DNA of 64,000 nt from an uncultured bacterium (GCA_963780225.1 CAWAAX010000009.1:1-64000), one strand, 5' to 3'. Shown: positions 36,360-48,216, counted from the stretch's first letter. The notes: generated by a model from the letters alone, not told the origin. Program-made: numbers and translations.

Positions 36360-39300
36360 ATGTACCAGGACGTTCCCCAAAATCTTGACTTTCCCGAACT
36401 GGAAAAAAGAATACTGAAATTCTGGGAAGACAACAAGACCTTCGAAAAACTGGCGGCCCGCAATAAAGGCATCGCAAAGACGCTTCCGTTTCGTGGACGG
36501 GCCGATCACTGCCAACAATCCCATGGGGGTGCACCACGCCTGGGGCCGTACCTACAAGGACCTCTATCACCGCTACAAGGCCATGCAGGGCTATGACGCC
36601 CGCTACCAGAACGGCTTTGACTGCCAAGGCCTGTGGGTGGAGGTGGAGGTGGAAAAAGAGCTGGGCTTCAAGTCCAAGAAGGACATCGAGGCCTACGGCA
36701 TCGGCAACTTCGTCAACAAGTGCAAGGAGCGGGTGGACAAGTTCTCCCGGATCCAGACCGAGCAGTCCATCCGGCTGGGCCACTGGATGGACTGGGACAA
36801 TTCCTATTTCACCATGGCTCCGGACAACAACTACGCCATCTGGCATTTCCTAAAAAAATGCCACGATCAGGGCTGGATCTACAAGGGCCGCGACGTGATG
36901 CCCTGGTGCACCCGCTGCGGCATAGCCCTCTCGGACATGGAGATCGCCACCGAGGGCTACAAGGAGATGACCCACAAGAGCGTCTACATCCAGCTGCCCA
37001 TCCTGGGCCGGGACAGGGAATATCTGCTGGTCTGGACCACCACCCCCTGGACCCTGACCTCCAACACCGCGGTGGCGGTACACCCCGATTTCACCTATCT
37101 CAAGGTCAAACAAGGCGGGCAGATATTTTACCTGGCCAAAGGCCGCAAGGAGATCCTGAAAAAGGATTACGAGATCATCTCGGAACTTCCCGGCCGGGAA
37201 CTGGTGGGTCTTAAGTATGAAGGGCCTTTCGATCACCTGCCGGCCCAGCAGGGCATAGAGCACCGCACCGTGGCCTGGAAGGAAGTGACCGAGGAGGACG
37301 GCACCGGGATGGTGCACATCGCCCCGGGCTGCGGCAAGGAGGACTTTGCCCTGTCCAAGGTTGAGAACCTGAAGGTCGTGGCTCCCCTGGATGAGGCCGG
37401 GGTCTACCTGGACGGTTTCGACTGGCTGACAGGCAAGAACGTCAGCGAGGTGGGCGAGGCCATCGCCGAGGACCTGAAGAAACGGGGGGTGCTGTACTAC
37501 GCCCAAAAGATCACCCACCGCTATCCCGAATGCTGGCGCTGCCACTCGGAGCTGGTGTTCCGCCTGGTGGACGAATGGTTCATCAGCATGGGGCCGGTCT
37601 ACGACAAGCCCTATGCCCAGGTGACGGCAGAGGAGAAAAACAAAAGCCTGCGCTACCGGATAATGGATTCGGTCAAACAGGCCCGCTGGATCCCGGACTA
37701 CGGCCTGGACCGGGAGCTGGACTGGCTGAAGAACATGGGAGACTGGTGCATCTCCAAAAAGCGCTACTGGGGGCTGGCCCTGCCCATCTTCCAGTGCTCC
37801 TGCGGCAACTTTGAAGTGGCCGGCGGCTACGAGGATCTTAAGGCCCGGGCCGTCTCGGGCTGGGATAAATTCGACGGCCACACCCCGCACCGGCCCTGGG
37901 TGGACGAGATCAGGGTCAAGTGCTCCAAGTGCGGCCAAGACGCCGCCCGCATCCACGACGTGGGAAATCCCTGGCTGGACGCCGGGATCGTGATGTTCTC
38001 CACGGTGATGCCGCCGGAGAAGTGCTACACCCCCGCCAAGGAAAAATCAGGAAAGTACCGCTACGATCCCTCCCAGGTCTACCCGGCCAACCGGGAGTAC
38101 TGGCAGCAGTGGTTCCCGGCCGAGTTCATCACCGAGAGCCTGCAGGGCCAGTTCCGCAACTGGTTCTATGCCATCCTGACCATGAGCACCGTGCTGGAGG
38201 GAAGGGCGCCCTTTGAATGCCTGCTGGGCCACGCCCAGGTCAAGGACGAGAAGGGCGACGACATGCACAAGTCGGCCGGTAACTCCATCCCCTTTGACGA
38301 GGCGGCCGGCAAGATCGGGGCCGACCTGATGCGCTGGGTGTTCTGCTGCCAGAACCCGGTGATAAATCTGAATTTCGGCTACCACATGGCCACCGAGTTC
38401 AAACGCAAACTGCTGACCCTGCACAACGTCTATTCCTTCTACATCACCTATGCCAAGCTGGACGGGTTCGTTCCCCAGGGTAAAAGCCTGGACAAATGCC
38501 AGCTGACCCTGCTGGACAACTGGATCCTTTCCGAGCTGAACCTGCTGGTCAAGAACACCCGCCAGAATCTGGATAACTACGATGCGGCCTCGGCCTGCAA
38601 GAAGCTGGAAGCATTCACCGAGGATCTCTCCACCTGGTATGTCCGGCGGTCCCGGCGGCGGTTCTGGAAATCGGAATCCGACTCCGACAAGGAGGCCGCC
38701 TACCTGACGCTGTACACCTGCCTGGAGACCCTGATAAGACTGATGTCGCCCATCATGCCGTTCTGGGCCGAGGAGATGTACCAGAACCTGGTGCGCTCGA
38801 TCGACGCCACGGCGCCCCAGAGCGTCCACCTGACCGCCTACCCCGAAGCCGACGAAAAGAGGACGGACCAAAAGCTTTCCCAGGAGATGGCGGTGGTCCG
38901 CAAGGTGGTCTCACTGGGCCACGCCGCCCGCAAGGAGGCCAAGCTCAAGGTCCGCCAGCCGCTGGCCAGGCTTTTGTTCAAGAGCGACCAGGCCTCCGGG
39001 TGGGAAGCGGTGCTAAGGCACCAGGAGATCATCCGGGACGAGGTCAACGTCAAGGCGGTGGAGCAGGCGGCGGACGCCGACAGCTTGGTGGACTACCGGG
39101 CCAAGGGGCTGGTCTCCAAACTGGGACCCAAGTTCGGCCCCAACGCCAAAGCCATAGCCGAGGAGATATTGAAACTTGACGGACGGCAGGTGAAAACATT
39201 TAAAGCCCAGGGAAAATGTTCCATTCAAATTCCGGCCGGACAATTTGAGGTCGAAACCGGGGACGCGGAGATCACCGCCGTCTCCAAGCCCGGGCTGATG

Positions 39301-39624
39301 GTCAAGGAGGAAGGCGGGGACCTGGCGGCTTTGGACATCATTTTGACCCCGGAGCTGACCGCCGAGGGCTGCGCCCGGGAGCTGGTGCACGCCATCCAGA
39401 ACATCCGCAAGGAGTCCGGCTTTGAGGTTTCCGACCGGATCAAGGTAACTTATAGCACAGACCCGGAACTGGCGGCGGCCATCGAAAACGAAAAATTCAA
39501 GACCTATATCATGAACGAGACCCTGGCCCTGGAACTAAAAACGGGAGCGCCGGAAACAGCCGGGCAGCAGATGCAGATCAACGGCCATCCCATCAACCTA
39601 GTCATAGAACAGGTAAAATCCTAA
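36360..39624 (+). CDS. ileS: Isoleucine--tRNA ligase (type 2), with one +1 frameshift at ~36470-36478
   Basis: N-terminal LDFPELEKRILKFW joins RFRFVDGPITAN; GFDCQGL, WTTTPWTL, GTGMVHIAP, DWCISKKRYWG, WYVRRSRRRFW. Confidence 0.93.
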
Positions 39625-39641
39625 GGAGGTATCAACCCGGC

Positions 39642-40037
39642 ATGAACAAAAAAGACCTGCAAAAGTACGAAGCCATCCTGCTGGACGAAAGGAAGCGTTT
39701 CATCACCGAACTGGCCCAGATCAAAAGCGAGGGGCTGATGGCCAGCCAGAAGGAATCATCCGGGGACCTGTCCTCGGCCTCCTATCATCCGGCCGACCAG
39801 GGTTCCGACACCATGGAAAAGGAAAAGAGCGTCTTCCTGGCCTCCAGCAAGGGTAACGAGCTGTACGAAATTGACCAAGCCCTGATGCGCGCCAAGGACG
39901 GCAAGTTCGGGATCTGCGACAGCTGCGGCAAAGAGGTGGACCTGGCCAGGCTGGAAGCCATGCCTTACGCCCGGTACTGCATCAAATGCAGCCGCCAGGC
40001 CGAACAGCTGGTCAAGAACGGCAACAAGGAACAGTAA
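39642..40037 (+). CDS. dksA: TraR/DksA C4 zinc-finger protein
   Basis: HPADQGSD, IDQAL, FGICDSCG, RLEAMPYARYCIKC. Confidence 0.88.
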   Translation: MNKKDLQKYEAILLDERKRFITELAQIKSEGLMASQKESSGDLSSASYHPADQGSDTMEKEKSVFLASSKGNELYEIDQALMRAKDGKFGICDSCGKEVDLARLEAMPYARYCIKCSRQAEQLVKNGNKEQ

Positions 40038-40046
40038 GGGGTTTTT

Positions 40047-40607
40047 GTGACAGAACTACGACTGCGTAACCGCATCGTCATAATTGCGGTGACCCTGGGG
40101 GTGTTTGTGCTGGACCGCTGGACCAAGCTTTTAGTGGAATCCCGTCTGGCCTTGGGAGAAAGCCATGAAGTGCTGGGCCAGACCCTGCAGTTCACCCATA
40201 TCACTAACAGCAACGGAGTGATGGGCATTTCTTTCGGTCCCTTCAGCCGTTACCTGATGCTGCCCCTTTCGCTTTTGGCCATCACCGCCATAGTATATTT
40301 TTACCTTCGCAGCCAGAGCCGGAGCCTGCTGGCGGCTTTGGCCACCGGTTCCATCCTGGGCGGGGCGGCCGGCAACATGCTGGACCGGTTCCGCACCGGG
40401 GCGGTGACGGATTTCATAGACTGCGACATGCCCGACATCATCATCCGACCTTTCCAGGCGGGGATCCTGAAATTTTCGGGCTTTTATCTGGACCGCTGGT
40501 ACACCTTTAACATTGCCGACAGCGCGGTGATGGTGGGGGTGGCCCTGATGATAGTTATTACCATAAAAGAAGAGTACCGGGCCAATGCCGGCACTACGGA
40601 GAAATAA
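40047..40607 (+). CDS. lspA: Lipoprotein signal peptidase
   Basis: DRWTK, NSNGVMG, GGAAGNMLDR, VTDFID, FNIADS. Confidence 0.93.
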   Translation: MTELRLRNRIVIIAVTLGVFVLDRWTKLLVESRLALGESHEVLGQTLQFTHITNSNGVMGISFGPFSRYLMLPLSLLAITAIVYFYLRSQSRSLLAALATGSILGGAAGNMLDRFRTGAVTDFIDCDMPDIIIRPFQAGILKFSGFYLDRWYTFNIADSAVMVGVALMIVITIKEEYRANAGTTEK

Positions 40608-40761
40608 CTTAACCATTGGATTATTCCTTCACCAATAATTCCCCTGATTAGCCACAGAAAGCACAAAAACACATAAGCGTTATAACGTTACTGCGGAATA
40701 ACGTCAAACGTTTTTTGTTTTTTGGCCGAATAGTTTTAAACAGGAAAACATTCTTCCAACA

Positions 40762-43263
40762 ATGAAAAAACTCCGGAGACATAGGCGGCGGTCCTTGGGG
40801 TACTGGCCGCTGTTTCTATTTTTGGCGGCCTTCAGCCTGACGGCCATTCCGGAACTGCTATGGGGCCAGACACCAGCGCCGCTGGCGGCAACAGGGGCCG
40901 TTGACTCGCTGGCTGCCGGTCCGGGCGCATCAGAAGTTCCTGCCTTGCCGGATTCTGTAAAACCCAAAAAAGACACCACCGCCAAAGATATTTCCAACGA
41001 ATTGGATCTGATCAATGACGACACCACCAGGACCGCCATCCGCTACCAGGCCGACCTGATAGACTACCGGCTGGACCTGAGCCTGATCAGCCTGACCGGA
41101 AAGGCTGAAGTGCGATACAAGGAAATAAAAGTGACCGGGGACAGCATCAGCTTAGACACCAAGAACCAGATGCTGACCGTGGACCAAAATCCGGTGCTTT
41201 ACGATGGCAACGAGGCCATCAAGGGCGACCGGATGGTCTACGATTTTAAGACCCGGCTGGGTTGGATATACAACGGCACCACCGATTTCAATAAGGGGCG
41301 GTACTGGGGAAAGCGGATCCGCCAGGTGGATGACAGGGTGCTTAACATCGACTATGGCCGCTATACCACCTGCGACTGTGCCACCCCGCATTTTTACTTC
41401 TGGTCAAGGCAGATGAAGATCTACCTTAACGACAAGATAGTGGCCCAGCCGGTGCTTCTGTGCTTTAAGGGCATCCCGGTGCTGGCCATACCGTTCTGGT
41501 TCTTTCCCATGCGCAAGGAGCGGCATTCCGGCTTTTTGATGCCCCGGTTCGGCAGCAATAATTATGAAGGAGCCTTCGTCAAGAACCTGGCCTATTACCA
41601 GGTGTTCAACGGCCAGTCCGACGCCACCGCTTCGGCCGATTTTCTGGAAAACATCGGCTGGCGAGGCAATTTTGAGGCCCGCTACATGATGCCCCCCCGG
41701 TTCTCCTCTACTCTGAACTTCTCCTACCAGAACGACCAAAACACCGGCTACCAGCGCTGGAGCCTAAACGGGATATACAGCCAGATACTGGGGAAAAGGA
41801 CCTATCTAAACGGCAACGCCAATTTCATCAGCGACCGCAATTATTACACCGATTTTTCCGACAACCGCACCGTGCGAATGGACCGCAATCTCCATTCTTA
41901 TCTGGCGGTCAACACTCCTTTGTCCACCATTGCCAGCCTGACCGGGGCGGTGGATCATTACAACAATCTTGAGACCAATATCAAAAGCAGCCAACTGCCC
42001 AATGTGACTATCAGCCTTTATGGCAAAGATATAATCAAAGGGTTGCTGAGATTCTCAGGCAGCTCCCATTTTCTGGCCACGGACAAGCGGGATACGCTTA
42101 CGGTTGAAAAACACCAGGGCTGGCAAAATGACATCAATCTGGGGGCTTCTTTCAATGTCATTCGCTGGATCAGTCTAAGTCCCAACGTAAGATTATCAGG
42201 GACCTGGTACGACCGCGATACCAGCCAGACCCGCAATGTCCTGCGTTGGCTCTACAGCGGTGGAATGGGAGCCAGCACCACTTTCTATGGGTTGCTGGAT
42301 TTCGGAGACCGCAAACTTAAGGCCCTGCGTCATGTGGTAAAACCCCAGGTCTCATTCTCCTATTCCCCCAAGATCGATCAGGGCAGATTCTACAGTTTTT
42401 TGGGAGGGGGACAAGGCGAGAGTAAATCTATGAGCCTTTCCTTAAGTCAGCAGTTCCAAGCCAAATACAAAAAAGATACCACGGAACAAAAAATAGACCT
42501 GCTGATGATCTCCTCCGGAACCAGCTATAATTTTCTGGCGACAGGTCAAAAATGGGGAGGCCTGAGCAGCTATCTTCAGGTTTTGCCTAATGTCAGTCCT
42601 TTGGATTGCCAGTTCTCCTGGGAATATAATTTTTACCAAAAGAGAAACCAATGGGCCCGGCTGGATATGAGCTACGGCCTTTCCGGCAAGTGGCTGGGCT
42701 GGCTGGAGCCCAAGGACTCGGTTAAAGTCCTGATCCCGGTTTCCGATTCATCTGCCACCAGTGTTCAGGTAGACAGTCTGGGCTTAGCGGCCGCAGTTTC
42801 AGGAATTCAAAACGATAGTTTGTCTCTGGTAGCCGCCCCGCCAGCCGATTCCCTACCTGCCGACAGTTTGTCATTGCAAGCCGGGGATAGTCTGGGGGTT
42901 AAACCGGATACCGCCGCCGTCCCGGCTCCAAAGCCGGCCAAGGGCCTGCCCTGGTCCATCAGCTTGGGATTTGGTCAGAACTGGCAAAAAAACATGGGAG
43001 TGACCGGTTCCGACTTGAATGGTTCGGTAAATTTCAGCCTGACAAAGAATTGGAACGTCAGTTACCACCGTTACTATAACATCAAGACCGGGGAGATGAT
43101 TTCCCAGGATTACTCCCTTTACCGGGATCTACACTGCTGGGAAGCCAGGTTCTCCAGCAGTAAAAGCCGGGACAACTGGTCCTACGCTTTCATCATCCGA
43201 CTGAAGGCCATACCCGAGGTCAAGGTGGAGACGAAGTCGGGCCGGGTTGTGGGGTATCAATAA
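40762..43263 (+). CDS. lptD: LPS assembly protein LptD-like
   Basis: YTTCD..PH, PVLAIPFWFFP..KERHSGFLMP, RHVVKP, RDLHCWE. Confidence 0.85.
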   Translation: MKKLRRHRRRSLGYWPLFLFLAAFSLTAIPELLWGQTPAPLAATGAVDSLAAGPGASEVPALPDSVKPKKDTTAKDISNELDLINDDTTRTAIRYQADLIDYRLDLSLISLTGKAEVRYKEIKVTGDSISLDTKNQMLTVDQNPVLYDGNEAIKGDRMVYDFKTRLGWIYNGTTDFNKGRYWGKRIRQVDDRVLNIDYGRYTTCDCATPHFYFWSRQMKIYLNDKIVAQPVLLCFKGIPVLAIPFWFFPMRKERHSGFLMPRFGSNNYEGAFVKNLAYYQVFNGQSDATASADFLENIGWRGNFEARYMMPPRFSSTLNFSYQNDQNTGYQRWSLNGIYSQILGKRTYLNGNANFISDRNYYTDFSDNRTVRMDRNLHSYLAVNTPLSTIASLTGAVDHYNNLETNIKSSQLPNVTISLYGKDIIKGLLRFSGSSHFLATDKRDTLTVEKHQGWQNDINLGASFNVIRWISLSPNVRLSGTWYDRDTSQTRNVLRWLYSGGMGASTTFYGLLDFGDRKLKALRHVVKPQVSFSYSPKIDQGRFYSFLGGGQGESKSMSLSLSQQFQAKYKKDTTEQKIDLLMISSGTSYNFLATGQKWGGLSSYLQVLPNVSPLDCQFSWEYNFYQKRNQWARLDMSYGLSGKWLGWLEPKDSVKVLIPVSDSSATSVQVDSLGLAAAVSGIQNDSLSLVAAPPADSLPADSLSLQAGDSLGVKPDTAAVPAPKPAKGLPWSISLGFGQNWQKNMGVTGSDLNGSVNFSLTKNWNVSYHRYYNIKTGEMISQDYSLYRDLHCWEARFSSSKSRDNWSYAFIIRLKAIPEVKVETKSGRVVGYQ

Positions 43264-43367
43264 AAAGCGCAGATTTAGCTTGACATACGTTATATTTTTA
43301 TGTTATCTTTATACTGGACTTTAGGCCGATTTCGGTTTCAGCAATTTTTCCATTAAAAAAAACATCT

Positions 43368-44291
43368 ATGGCCATCAAGGACAAAACATATTTAACCCTG
43401 ATAATCGTACCGCATCAGAGCGGAAAGACCGTTACCTTAAGGCTGCCAACTTGGCTGGCCAAAACCCTGACGGTTTTAGCCGTGTTCATTCTGATGGGAT
43501 TGGCCATGGTTACCACCGGCTATGTCAACAAGGTCGTGGACGTTTCCCTGTTGCAGACCCTGAAGTTTGAAAACAGAATATTAAGGGATAAGGTCTCGGA
43601 GTTCGGAACCACCCTGGCCGGACTGCAGGGACAGATCAATGATTTCGTCAGCTTCGATTCCAAGGTGCGGATGATGTCCGGTCTGCCAACCATCGACCCT
43701 GACGTGCGCCAGGTGGGGGTGGGCGGTTTTGCCCCGGCTCCATTGCCCGAGGGAATCACCTCCGGTACCGCCGCCAAACTGCAAGCAGTGCAGCAGGATT
43801 TAGACAAGCTTGACCGCGAGGCTCGTTTGCAACTGGAAAGCTTTGAAGCCATAGTCTCCGCCTTAAGCGAAAAGCAGGATATGTGGAACCACCTGCCGTC
43901 CATTCAGCCCACGCCGGGATGGATCATCAGCAACTTCGGGGTGCGGCGCGATCCGCTGGTGGGAGATCTGCGGATGCACGAAGGAATAGACATCGCCAGT
44001 CCTGACGGGACCATCATTGCTGCCCCGGCCGCCGGGTCGGTCAGGTTCGTGGGTTACCGCAATAATTACGGCCTTTGTCTGGAGCTGGGCCACGGATACG
44101 GGATCACCACCAGGTATGCCCATTGTTCCATGGTAAAAGTATCAGTGGGTCAGAATGTGAGCCGGGGCCAGGTAGTGGCCTTGGTGGGCCAGACCGGCCG
44201 GGTGACCGGGCCTCATCTGCATTACGAGGTAATGGTGAACGGACAGCCCAAAGATCCCACCAGCTATATCCTGGCCGCCCGGATGTTTTAA
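43368..44291 (+). CDS. M23 family metallopeptidase with N-terminal TM and coiled coil
   Basis: PSIQP, HEGIDI, YAH, TGRVTGPHLHYEV. Confidence 0.93.
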   Translation: MAIKDKTYLTLIIVPHQSGKTVTLRLPTWLAKTLTVLAVFILMGLAMVTTGYVNKVVDVSLLQTLKFENRILRDKVSEFGTTLAGLQGQINDFVSFDSKVRMMSGLPTIDPDVRQVGVGGFAPAPLPEGITSGTAAKLQAVQQDLDKLDREARLQLESFEAIVSALSEKQDMWNHLPSIQPTPGWIISNFGVRRDPLVGDLRMHEGIDIASPDGTIIAAPAAGSVRFVGYRNNYGLCLELGHGYGITTRYAHCSMVKVSVGQNVSRGQVVALVGQTGRVTGPHLHYEVMVNGQPKDPTSYILAARMF

Positions 44292-44415
44292 TCCTGTTTA
44301 TCCCAGGTATTTTTTCCCAGTTCATTTTATGGTATAATGGACTGGGTTTTTTATTGACCAAATACCCTGCCACTGAGACACAGAGGCACAGAGAATATTT
44401 CATACAAGGGGTTTA

Positions 44416-45444
44416 ATGAATAAAGCACCTCTTTCATTTTGTCTATTATTTTGCAGTCTAATTTCGGCCGGGAGAGTCCTGGCTGATTCGACAACGTTCT
44501 CCATCCTGGCGGTAGGCGATGTGATGACCGGCGGGAGCATGGCCCCCTGGGTGAACGACAGCGGGCCGGATTATCCTTTCGCCAACACCGGCTCCCTGAT
44601 CCGCCAGGCCGACATCGCCGTCTGCAATCTGGAGGCGCCTTACGGCACCAAGGGAAAAGCTTTCGACAAGAAGTTCACCTTCCTGGTCCCGCCCCGGCTG
44701 GCCGCCGGCATAAAGGAAGCCGGTTTTGACGTGGTGGCCATGGCCAACAACCATATGATGGACTATGGCCCGGAGCCGCTTAAAGCCACCCTGGTCCTGT
44801 TGGATTCATTAGGCATAGCCCACAGCGGGGCGGGGATGACCCTGGCCGAGGCCAGGAAGCCTGCCATTGTGGAAAGAAACGGGATCAAAGTGGCTTTTCT
44901 CTCCTATTCCCGGGTGCATCCCACCCAGTTCTGGGCCACGGCCAAGAAGGCCGGAACCGCCCCGGCTTACGAAAACCAGATAAAAGAGGATATCCAAAGA
45001 TCCAAAGAACTGGCGGACATCGTGGTCGTTTCCTTTCACTGGGGGGCCGAGCTGATGGACACCACCAAGCTTTATCAAAGGACCCTGGCCCATTTCTGCA
45101 TTGACCAGGGGGCGGACCTGGTGCTGGGGCACCATCCCCACATCCTGCAGGGGATGGAGCTTTACCAGGGCAAACTGATCGCCTACAGCCTGGGGAATTT
45201 CGCCTTTGGTTCCCGCAGCCGGAAATGCACCGAGAGCGTGATCCTTAAAACAGAGTTTGATTCCACTGGGTTAAAACGGATCGAACTGGTGCCGCTGTGC
45301 GTGGACAACAACCGGGTGTTCTTTAGGCCCACACCTTTATCCGGCCCGGAAGGGTTGGCCGTGCTGTCAAACCTGGCCCGGCTTTCAAGGGACCTGGGGT
45401 TTGAGTTTGTGCCCAGCGACAGCACGGCGGTGGTGGAGTTCTGA
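44416..45444 (+). CDS. CapA/PgsA-family metallophosphoesterase
   Basis: VGDVM, NLEAP, ANNHMMDYG, SFHWG.E, GHHPH, YSLGNF. Confidence 0.92.
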   Translation: MNKAPLSFCLLFCSLISAGRVLADSTTFSILAVGDVMTGGSMAPWVNDSGPDYPFANTGSLIRQADIAVCNLEAPYGTKGKAFDKKFTFLVPPRLAAGIKEAGFDVVAMANNHMMDYGPEPLKATLVLLDSLGIAHSGAGMTLAEARKPAIVERNGIKVAFLSYSRVHPTQFWATAKKAGTAPAYENQIKEDIQRSKELADIVVVSFHWGAELMDTTKLYQRTLAHFCIDQGADLVLGHHPHILQGMELYQGKLIAYSLGNFAFGSRSRKCTESVILKTEFDSTGLKRIELVPLCVDNNRVFFRPTPLSGPEGLAVLSNLARLSRDLGFEFVPSDSTAVVEF

Positions 45445-45544
45445 CATCTTTTATCCTTGATTTTGGGGCTGTTTGATGCTAAAATGAAAATCCAATATCT
45501 GAAAAAACCAAAATAATCATATAAACCACACGAGGTCAAACCAA

Positions 45545-45928
45545 ATGAAGTATCTCAAGACCAGCCCGGCCAAATGCAAGGGGGTGCGGGCCTGCGAGAA
45601 GATATGCTCCAAGACCTTCTTCAAGGCGGAGGATCCCTCCAAGTCGGCCATCCAGGTCGCCGAAAAGGACGGGAAGTTCGAGATCAACGTCTGCAACCAG
45701 TGCGGCGAGTGCATCCCGATATGCCCGGTCAAGGCCCTTTCCCGGAACAAGCAGGGGGTGGTAATGTTGGACAAGAAACTTTGCGTGGGCTGCCTGATGT
45801 GCGTGGGCTACTGTCCCACCCTTTCCATGCGAACCCACCCCGAGCTGAGGGAGCCATTCAAGTGCGTGGCCTGCGGGGCCTGCGTCAAGGCCTGCCCCGA
45901 GAAAGCCCTGGAGATCGCGGAACGGTAA
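45545..45928 (+). CDS. 4Fe-4S ferredoxin-like electron transfer subunit
   Basis: CNQCGECIPICP, CVGCLMCVGYCP, CVACGACVKACP; upstream of AOR. Confidence 0.92.
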   Translation: MKYLKTSPAKCKGVRACEKICSKTFFKAEDPSKSAIQVAEKDGKFEINVCNQCGECIPICPVKALSRNKQGVVMLDKKLCVGCLMCVGYCPTLSMRTHPELREPFKCVACGACVKACPEKALEIAER

Positions 45929-45938
45929 TCTTATAACA

Positions 45939-46000
45939 GTAAGGGCACGATGCATCGTGCCCCAACCGATAGTAAGGGCGGGTTTAAAACCCGCCCCAAC
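45939..46000. repeat. Pair of GTAG-family-like REP palindromes
   Basis: GTAAGGGCACGATGCATCGTGCCCCAAC (45939-45966) and GTAAGGGCGGGTTTAAAACCCGCCCCAAC (45972-46000). Confidence 0.8.
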
Positions 46001-46012
46001 CAGGAGAATAAA

Positions 46013-48215
46013 ATGGACGAGAACAAGGTCTTTGAATATACCAAATACACTCAGGACATCGAAAAGATGAAGGCGGCCCATAAAGTGCTGGCCGAATATG
46101 CCTTCACCCCCAGCCTGCCCCAAAAGGGCTACAACAACCGCTCCCTGCATGTCGATCTGAGCACTTTCAAGATCACCGAGAAGAAGATCGGCGAGGACAT
46201 GAAGCAGACCTTTACCGGCGGGAGGGGCTTCGGCCTGAAATACCTGTGGGATGCCATCAAGCCCACCACCAAGTGGAACGACCCGGAGAACGACATCATC
46301 ATCTCCCCCGGCCCCATCTGCGGCATCACTCAGTACCCGGGGGCCGGCAAGTCGCTGGTGGTCACCCTGTCGCCCATCACCAACATCCCCATCGACTCCA
46401 ACGTCGGCGCCTACCTGGGGCCGCTGCTGAAGTTCTCGGGCTTCGACGCCCTGGAGATCCAGGGCAAGGCCCAGGAGGACGTGATAGTGGTGCTGGACGG
46501 GGTCAAGGGCAGGGTCACCATCGAACTGGCGCCGCTGGAGTCGGTCAACTCGCACATCGCGGCCGAGCAGTTCACCCACGAATACGCCACGGATGAGGCC
46601 GACCTGCGCAATGTGTCGGTGGCCTCGGCCGGGCAGGCCGCCGAACACTCGCTGATCGGCTGCCTCAACTTCTGCTACTACGACGTGCGGCGCAAGGTGA
46701 CCCGGCTGAAGCAGGCCGGGCGGGGCGGCATCGGCACGGTGTTCCGGGACAAGAAGATCAAGGCCCTGATCGTCCACGGACCGCAGGTGAAGGGCGACAT
46801 GAACCATCCGGCCGACCTGGGCCGGATCCAGCGGGCCGGGGTCCGCCTGCACAAGGAGATGCACGACTTCGACGACAAGATGTGCGGGATGCGCAAGGTG
46901 GGCACCACCAACATCGTGGGGGTGATGAACTCCTACGACCTGCTTCCGGTGATGAACTTCCAGTACGGCAGCCATGTGGACGCCCCCAAGATAGACAAGA
47001 CCACCTGGATCAAGCAGTTCACCCAGGGCATCCCGGACGGCTGCTGGTACGGCTGTTCCATGGCCTGCGCCCACGGGGTGGACGAGTTCGCCCTGCGCAC
47101 CGGCCCCTATAAGGGTCATAAAGTAGTGGTGGACGGGCCGGAATACGAGACCGCGGCCGGCTGCGGCTCCAACTGCGGGATCTTCGATCCGTTATGGGTC
47201 ATTGAATGCAACTTCTACTGCGACACCTACGGCATAGACACCATCAGCTTCGGCACCATCACCGGCTTCGTGATGGAATGCTGGCAGCGGGCCATCCTCA
47301 ATGCCGAACGGACCGGGGGGCTTGACCTTTCTTGGGGCAACGGGGAATCCCAGATGGAGATGATGCACCAGATGGCCCGGGGCGAGGGTTTTGGCCTGAT
47401 TGCCGGGCAGGGCGTCCAGCGTATGAAGCGGATCTTCGCCGACAAGGGCTGGGGGGACTTCGCCTTTCTTACGGACATCGGCCTGGAGGGCAAGGGGCTG
47501 GAGCAGTCGGAGTACATGTCAAAGGAGTCACTGGCCCAGCAGGGCGGCTACTACCTCACCAACAAGGGCCCCCAGCACGACGAGGCCTGGGTGATCTTCA
47601 TGGACATGGTCAACAACCAGATCCCCACCTTTGAGGACAAGGCCGAGGCCCTTGTACTATTTCCCGATGTTCCGCACCTGGTTCGGGTTGAACGGCCTGT
47701 GCAAGCTGCCCTGGAACGACATCGAGCCCGGGGACAACCGCACCAAGAACGCCCCCATGGACGCTGCCAAGGTTCCGGAGCACGTCCAGAACTACGTGGA
47801 CCTTTTCTCCGGGGTCACCGGCCGGGAGATCACCAAGGAGGAGATCATCAAGATGTCGGAGCGGGTCTACCAGTTCCAGCGGGTCTTCGACCTGAGAATG
47901 GGGAAGGGGGTCAGAAAATACGACCAGCCGCCCTACCGGGCCATGGGTCCGGTCACCAAAGAGGAGTACGAATCCCGTCAGGAACGCTACGACAAGCAGC
48001 TGAAGGACTGGATGCAGATAGACCCGGCCGGAAAGTCCACCGAAGAGAAGATGGCCCTGCACCGCAAGTACCGGGAGGACCGCTACCAGAAGCTGGTGGA
48101 GGCGGTCTACAAGCGCCGGGGCTGGACCGCCGACGGCGTCCCCACCCTGGAAACGCTGAAGCGCAATGGGATTGATTTCCCCGATGTGGTGGAAGTGGTG
48201 GCCAAGCACCAGTAG
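46013..48215 (+). CDS. aor: Aldehyde:ferredoxin oxidoreductase (W-pterin family), with one +1 frameshift at ~47652
   Basis: GGRGFG, DSNVG, SGFDAL, AGRGGIG.V..KKIKA, CWYGCSMAC, GPEYE, CDTYGIDTIS; C-terminal GLCKLPW and YKRRGW..DGVP in the next frame. Confidence 0.9.
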
Positions 48216-48216
48216 G

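Noticed and set aside
36460..36495. Programmed frameshift or pseudogenisation of ileS
   Set aside because: Essential gene with an otherwise intact sequence and no slippery heptamer; other 1-bp indels in the window point to consensus error.
44416..45444. Poly-gamma-glutamate capsule locus
   Set aside because: Only a stand-alone CapA-domain gene; capB and capC are absent.
45536..47119. Long antisense or alternative-frame ORFs (also 2377-3573, 8361-9515, 36850-37956, 49229-50524, 61920-63011)
   Set aside because: Shadow ORFs of high-GC3 genes, with no recognisable motifs, lying on top of well-supported CDSs.
47640..47665. Split AOR as two genes
   Set aside because: Removing one base (GCCCTTGTAC to GCCCTGTAC) gives a continuous EALYYFPMF; likely a sequencing error.
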